Assembly (NCBI GenBank): GCA_027050205.1
Contig: JALUCS010000056.1
Location: forward strand, 1-45,525
Length of the DNA stretch: 45,525 nt
DNA from: a candidate division WOR-3 bacterium
Lineage (GTDB): Bacteria; Hydrothermota; Hydrothermia; LBFQ01
Direction of reading: 5' to 3'
Shown: piece by piece, positions 40,976 to 45,525 of the stretch
Layout of the letters: every line of letters starts with the position of its first letter
How positions within the stretch are numbered: position 1 is the stretch's first letter
Program-made: the position numbers and the translations under genes
The notes under the pieces: model-generated
What the model saw: the letters and a program-made list of their open reading frames with translations, nothing else
Database searches by the model: none
Told to the model about the DNA's origin: nothing

Positions 40976-42051
40976 TAGAGGCCTGTATAGTCCTCGCCTC
41001 TAACTTCCTGTGTAGGGATACGGACCTCAAGGGGGCCGACAGCCTCGTTCTCCATCACCTCCACCACCTCGCCGATCACGGGTACCCCTTCGCCCGCGCC
41101 AGGGTGTGGGTGTGGGGTAGGGAGTACGTCGCCCTCGTGGATAGGGGGAAGTTCTACGTCGTCAGGGAGGCGCTGGCCGAGGGTAGAGCCTCAATGCCCC
41201 TCGTCCGTTGGAGCCTCAAGGGGATCCGGGGCAGGGCCTTCAGCCTATCTCGCATCAGGGAGAGGAGGCGACTTTTAAGGTACTACGGCGTAAGGATGGA
41301 GGTCCTACGGAGAGACGGGGAGGTGGTCTTCCGGTTCGGGGGTGGGGGAGGGGAGATAGGAGGAGAGTTGAGGGGGGGAAGGGGGGAAAAAATCGGAGGC
41401 GCCATAACCGTTGAGGGCAGGAATCTGTTGGCCTCCGGGGTCCTTCTGTCCCTGATGGCCTCCTTTGACTCCTTGGATATGTACGTCTCCGTCCGTACCG
41501 ACGTCCCCCCCCTCTACGGTTTGGGTCTAAACCTGGAGGGGGAGGTGGTGAGGGCGTCCGATACCCTGTCCCGATCCGCCCTCCTACTGCCCTACGTCTG
41601 GTCCTACCCCTACAGGTTCCTCTTGGGGGGTGGGTACTCCGGACTCCCCTTCGTAGCCGCGGGAGTGGGTAGGGTGGAGGGCTTCAGGTACGAGGTCCTC
41701 GGCTTGATATCCAAGGGGGGAGTGGGGTACAGGCTAACCTTCTCCTACGGATGGGTTTCAGGCTTCGTCTTTAGAGGTGTGGGGGGATGGCTTGAGAGGG
41801 TGGGAGGGATGGACCGCTTCAGGCGTTTGCCCCCCTCCGGGTACCTCTCCGGGAACTTCGCCGTCCTCCGGTTGGACGCCCACCTACTCCGCTTCGGGAG
41901 GCTCTCCATCGGTCCCTTCGGGGACGCCCTGTACGAGGAGGGCGAAAGGCCCCTTTACGCTTACGGCGTTTCCCTACGATTCGGTGGCACCCTCTCCCTC
42001 TTTCTCTCGGCCGACGGCTACGTGGGCTTTGGCCTGAAGACGGGGCTTTGA
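40972..42051 (+). CDS. Divergent Omp85/TamA-like protein (POTRA remnant + small barrel)
   Basis: LADHGYPFARARV POTRA motif; NLLASG barrel start; GGMDRFR loop; terminal VGFGLKTGL strand. Confidence 0.55.
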   Translation: MIEACIVLASNFLCRDTDLKGADSLVLHHLHHLADHGYPFARARVWVWGREYVALVDRGKFYVVREALAEGRASMPLVRWSLKGIRGRAFSLSRIRERRRLLRYYGVRMEVLRRDGEVVFRFGGGGGEIGGELRGGRGEKIGGAITVEGRNLLASGVLLSLMASFDSLDMYVSVRTDVPPLYGLGLNLEGEVVRASDTLSRSALLLPYVWSYPYRFLLGGGYSGLPFVAAGVGRVEGFRYEVLGLISKGGVGYRLTFSYGWVSGFVFRGVGGWLERVGGMDRFRRLPPSGYLSGNFAVLRLDAHLLRFGRLSIGPFGDALYEEGERPLYAYGVSLRFGGTLSLFLSADGYVGFGLKTGL

Positions 42052-42108
42052 GGGGAATGGATTTTTTATGTGCCTTTACCCGACGGTTCTCCAGTATAAT
42101 ACCTGTGT

Positions 42109-42825
42109 ATGCCCAAATATCCGAAACCGATAGGTCCGTACTCCGCTTATAGGTTTGCCGGCGACCTCGTCTTCCTCGCCGGACAGATAGGCATAAACCC
42201 GGATACGGGGGAATTGGAGGAGGGTTTGGAAGCGCAAACCTTGAGGGCCATCAAGAACGTCGCCAATATACTCGCCGAGATAGGCCTGGGCCTTGACGAC
42301 GTGGTGAAGACGACTATCTTCCTAAAGGACATAGGGGATTACCCGAAGGTGAACGAGATATACGCCCGCTTCTTCCACGAACCGTACCCCGCCCGCTCCG
42401 CTGTAGCTGTAAAGGACCTTCCGAAGGGCGCCTTAGTGGAGATTGAGGTGGTCGCCCTGATGGGTAGGGTGCCGGACGAGGTGAGGGAGGGGTTGAGGCT
42501 CTTCAAGGAGGGGAAGTTCTACGAGTCCCACGAGTACTGGGAGAAGGCCTTCCGTAAGGTGGAGGGGGATAGGAGGACCTTCCTAAGCGGGCTGGTCAAT
42601 ATAGACGCCGCCCTCATAAAGTACGGCGAGGGAAACCTCAAGGGAGCAGTGCTGAACTTCACCAAGGCGAAGGAGAAGGTGGCCGCCCTCCTTCCCACCC
42701 ACAGGCTCGTTGAGGAGCTCGGCAGGGTCATAGAGACGTTGGAGAGCGGGGGGAAGCCCGACTTCGCACCGCTGGAGGAGGCAGTAGAGGAAGCCGTAAA
42801 GGAGTTCTTAGATGCCGTTGAGTAA
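42109..42825 (+). CDS. RidA (YjgF/UK114) - DUF309 fusion protein
   Basis: PIGPYS, GQIG, VVKTTIFL, YPARSAV, LVEIE in the first ~118 aa; then LFKEGKFYESHEYWE (DUF309 HExxE). Confidence 0.85.
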   Translation: MPKYPKPIGPYSAYRFAGDLVFLAGQIGINPDTGELEEGLEAQTLRAIKNVANILAEIGLGLDDVVKTTIFLKDIGDYPKVNEIYARFFHEPYPARSAVAVKDLPKGALVEIEVVALMGRVPDEVREGLRLFKEGKFYESHEYWEKAFRKVEGDRRTFLSGLVNIDAALIKYGEGNLKGAVLNFTKAKEKVAALLPTHRLVEELGRVIETLESGGKPDFAPLEEAVEEAVKEFLDAVE

Positions 42826-44086
42826 GGGACACGTCCTGGCGAAGAAGTACGAAATAGTGGAATTTCTGGGTAAAGGTCTGATTTTTGAGGTTTATAGAGC
42901 GAGACACACCCGACTTGACAGGGATGTAGCCTTGAAGGTCCTGATACCGGAGGTGGCGGCGGATCTGGAGTTCGCCCGCTTCGTCATAAAGACCATAAGG
43001 GCAACGGCTTCCTTGGATGCCCATCCCCACATTTCCTGGGTCCACGACATAGACAAGGATGGGGTTTATATCTTCTTCGTTATGGACTACCTCCCCGTAG
43101 ACCTGAACGCCGTAATGCACAAACTGGACGTTGAGTCCTCCGTCAACGTCACCCTCGCCATCCTTGACGCCCTCTCCTATGCCCACAAGAACGGCTTAAT
43201 ACATAAGGACATCAGGCCGAGCAACGTCCGTTTCAGCGAGAGCGGTGAGCCGCTGTTGGTGGACTTCGGCATGGCGGAGATAGCCGCCCGTGCCGCCGTG
43301 AAGTTCAAGAAGACGGCCTACCTCCCACCCCCCACCTACGCCGCCCCGGAGCAGATAAAGTCCTTCTCCCTCGCCGATGAGAGGTCGGATATATACTCTG
43401 TGGGGGCCGTCCTCTACCATATGCTAACCAAGCGTCCCCCCTTCTCCGGGGACATCAAGGAGATATACTACCAGAAGCTCTCCCCCCACTTCCTACCGCC
43501 CAAGCCGAGGGAGATAAATCCAGAGGTACCTCCGAAGCTGGAAGAGGTGGTCCTCAAGGCCATGGAGAACGACCCCGAAAACCGCTATCAATCGGCCGAC
43601 GAGATGCTCTCCGCCCTCTTGGACGTTCGCAGGAGGTACATAGCCCGTTTCATGCCCGGCCACTACGAGGAGAGGAGGCCGGAGGGGGCCTTTGGAATGA
43701 AGTACAAGCTCCGGGAGAACTCCCCCATACAGGTGGCCTCAATAGAGGTACCCTCCGTAATCCTCGTAAACGTACCCTACCAGATAACCGTCTCCCTCGT
43801 CGGCGATGGCAGGGGGAAGGTTAGGATAGAGGTCCCGGATTTCCTGTCCCTATCCGCCCCGGCCGTTCAGGAGGTTGAGGTACCCGCCGACGTCTCGTGG
43901 TACGTAATCACTACGAAGGAGAGGTACGGTGCCTACGATATTGCCATAGATGTGGTGTATGATGACGTAAGCATCCTTGAGTCTCCCATAAGGCTCCCCT
44001 TCCTCGTCCTACCCATAGAGGGCAAGGAGCGAAAGGCCGGAAAGAAGACCATATTCAACCTATTCGGCCTGATGGAGGGAGGATGA
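42812..44086 (+). CDS. Hanks-type Ser/Thr protein kinase-like protein, cytoplasmic, with C-terminal beta domain
   Basis: VALKVL, HKDIRPSNV, DFG, YAAPEQ, SDIYSVG, DPENRYQSA; no TM segment. Confidence 0.9.
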   Translation: MPLSKGHVLAKKYEIVEFLGKGLIFEVYRARHTRLDRDVALKVLIPEVAADLEFARFVIKTIRATASLDAHPHISWVHDIDKDGVYIFFVMDYLPVDLNAVMHKLDVESSVNVTLAILDALSYAHKNGLIHKDIRPSNVRFSESGEPLLVDFGMAEIAARAAVKFKKTAYLPPPTYAAPEQIKSFSLADERSDIYSVGAVLYHMLTKRPPFSGDIKEIYYQKLSPHFLPPKPREINPEVPPKLEEVVLKAMENDPENRYQSADEMLSALLDVRRRYIARFMPGHYEERRPEGAFGMKYKLRENSPIQVASIEVPSVILVNVPYQITVSLVGDGRGKVRIEVPDFLSLSAPAVQEVEVPADVSWYVITTKERYGAYDIAIDVVYDDVSILESPIRLPFLVLPIEGKERKAGKKTIFNLFGLMEGG

Positions 44087-45189
44087 GGGAGAAGGCAATA
44101 GTTGTGGCCGTAGCACGGCCGGATGACCTATCCGAGGCGCAGAGGAGCATAGACGAGCTGATAGACCTCCTTGACACGGCGGGCGTAGACGTGGTGGATA
44201 TAGTCGTCCAGAAGAGGCGTAAGATAGACCCGGCGTACTACATCGGTAAGGGGAAGGCACGGGAGATAGGCGAGCTGGCCCAAAAGTTGGGGGTGGATGC
44301 CGTCGTGTTTGACGCCCGCCTGTCCCCCAAGCACGTTCGCAACCTCTCCTCCATAATACCCGTGAAGGTCCTTGACCGGGTGGACGTGATCTTAGACATA
44401 TTCGCACAGCACGCCGGCTCTGCCGAGGCGAAGATACAGGTTGAGCTGGCCCAGCTCCAGCACAGGCTGGCCCGCCTCCGGGTGGACCCCGGCGCCCTCT
44501 CAAGGCTCGGAGGTGGTATAGGGACGAGGGGACCGGGTGAGACCAAGCTGGAGATAGACCGCAGGCGGATACAGGCCCGTATAGCCCGCCTCAAGAGGAA
44601 GCTCAAGAAGGTGGAGAAGGTCCGGCAACAGAAGACCAAGCAGCAGAGGTACTTCTTCCGTGTGGCACTGGTGGGTTATACGAGTGCCGGCAAGAGTACC
44701 CTTATGAACAGGCTAACCAAGTCCCGCTTCAAGGAGAGTCCCCAGCTTTTCACCACCCTTGACACCTTTACACGGGCGGCGTGGATAAAGGGAGCTACCA
44801 TCCTGGTCTCGGACACCGTAGGTTTCATCTCCAACCTCCCGACCGAACTGGTGGCGGCCTTCAGATCCACTCTTATGGTGGCAAACGAGGCCGACCTACT
44901 TTTAGTGGTGGTGGACGTCTCCAAGCCCGACTTTGAGAGGGACATAGAGGTCGTGGAGCGGACCCTTAAGAGGATAGGGGCGGGGGATAAATCGAAAGTC
45001 TACGTCTTCAACAAGATAGACCTCCTGCCGTCGCGGTATATGTTGGAGAGGCTCAAGGACAAGTACGAGGGGGAGGAGGTGGTCTTCATCAGCGCTAAGA
45101 CGGGGGAGGGGATTGAGGAGTTGAAGGACAAGATATACGAGTACTACAGGCGGTGGAAGGGAGAGGTTCCCACCGAGACGTACCTTTAG
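44083..45189 (+). CDS. hflX: Ribosome-splitting GTPase HflX
   Basis: YIGKGK, ILDIFAQHA, GGGIGTRGPGETKLE, GYTSAGKST, DTVGF, NKID, ISAKTG. Confidence 0.97.
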   Translation: MREKAIVVAVARPDDLSEAQRSIDELIDLLDTAGVDVVDIVVQKRRKIDPAYYIGKGKAREIGELAQKLGVDAVVFDARLSPKHVRNLSSIIPVKVLDRVDVILDIFAQHAGSAEAKIQVELAQLQHRLARLRVDPGALSRLGGGIGTRGPGETKLEIDRRRIQARIARLKRKLKKVEKVRQQKTKQQRYFFRVALVGYTSAGKSTLMNRLTKSRFKESPQLFTTLDTFTRAAWIKGATILVSDTVGFISNLPTELVAAFRSTLMVANEADLLLVVVDVSKPDFERDIEVVERTLKRIGAGDKSKVYVFNKIDLLPSRYMLERLKDKYEGEEVVFISAKTGEGIEELKDKIYEYYRRWKGEVPTETYL

Positions 45190-45525
45190 GCGGCATCACA
45201 ACCGTATCTGTTGCACTTTTCAACGTTTTGATGTAAAGGTGGAACACCTGCCTACAGGGACATACCCTCTAAAACGCCCGTTAGGTATCCTGTGGTGGGA
45301 GATGGGCTGGGCTTTGTTCTATCATCGCCTTGAGGCCTGACTTAGCCCTAGGAGGATTGGGGATCATAAAAAGTTGGTTTCCGTGAAATTTTCCCTAAAA
45401 AATGCTGTGTCCAATAATACTTTAGTAGGCGTATCATCCTTTTGACATTTTTCTGAATGGGTAATGGAATTATGCGGCCAACATCAAGGCAGAAATGTAC
45501 AACTTAAACATTATCTCCCGTTTTA

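Noticed and set aside
45190..45525. Terminal AT-rich gap as another array locus
   Set aside because: Only isolated dyad-like units are present (e.g. 45367-45381), with no 22-bp phasing; the window ends before the context is clear

Overview
A densely coding, GC-rich chromosomal segment from a diderm bacterium that is probably thermophilic. LptB, Omp85-like proteins, a T9SS SprA translocon and three CTD-tailed cargo proteins point to an FCB-related lineage; WOR-3/Hydrothermae is my inference, not a verified assignment. The window holds about 38 CDS and one tRNA(CAT). Recognisable housekeeping genes are purS, mgtE, nadC, a pncA-like hydrolase, thyX, lptB, pyrG, uvrC and hflX. Other genes include an ECF sigma/anti-sigma pair, two S8 proteases, a Roadblock + V4R-like pair, a RidA-DUF309 fusion and an atypical protein kinase. 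I saw no transposase, integrase or CRISPR array. Three patterns stand out. (1) The long intergenic gaps share non-coding vocabulary: 22-bp-period arrays of a TAAAG-N5-CTTTA dyad, a polar 16-mer GRTATTYRGYNGATRG, and 29- and 36-bp segments shared between gaps 9-17 kb apart. (2) Exported non-lipoproteins begin with an ultra-short (about 6-8 aa) hydrophobic N-terminus that lacks a basic n-region. (3) Almost every operon-first gene has a TANAAT box 6-10 nt before its start codon and no Shine-Dalgarno, implying pervasive leaderless translation. Several starts below are corrected from the ORF track on that basis.
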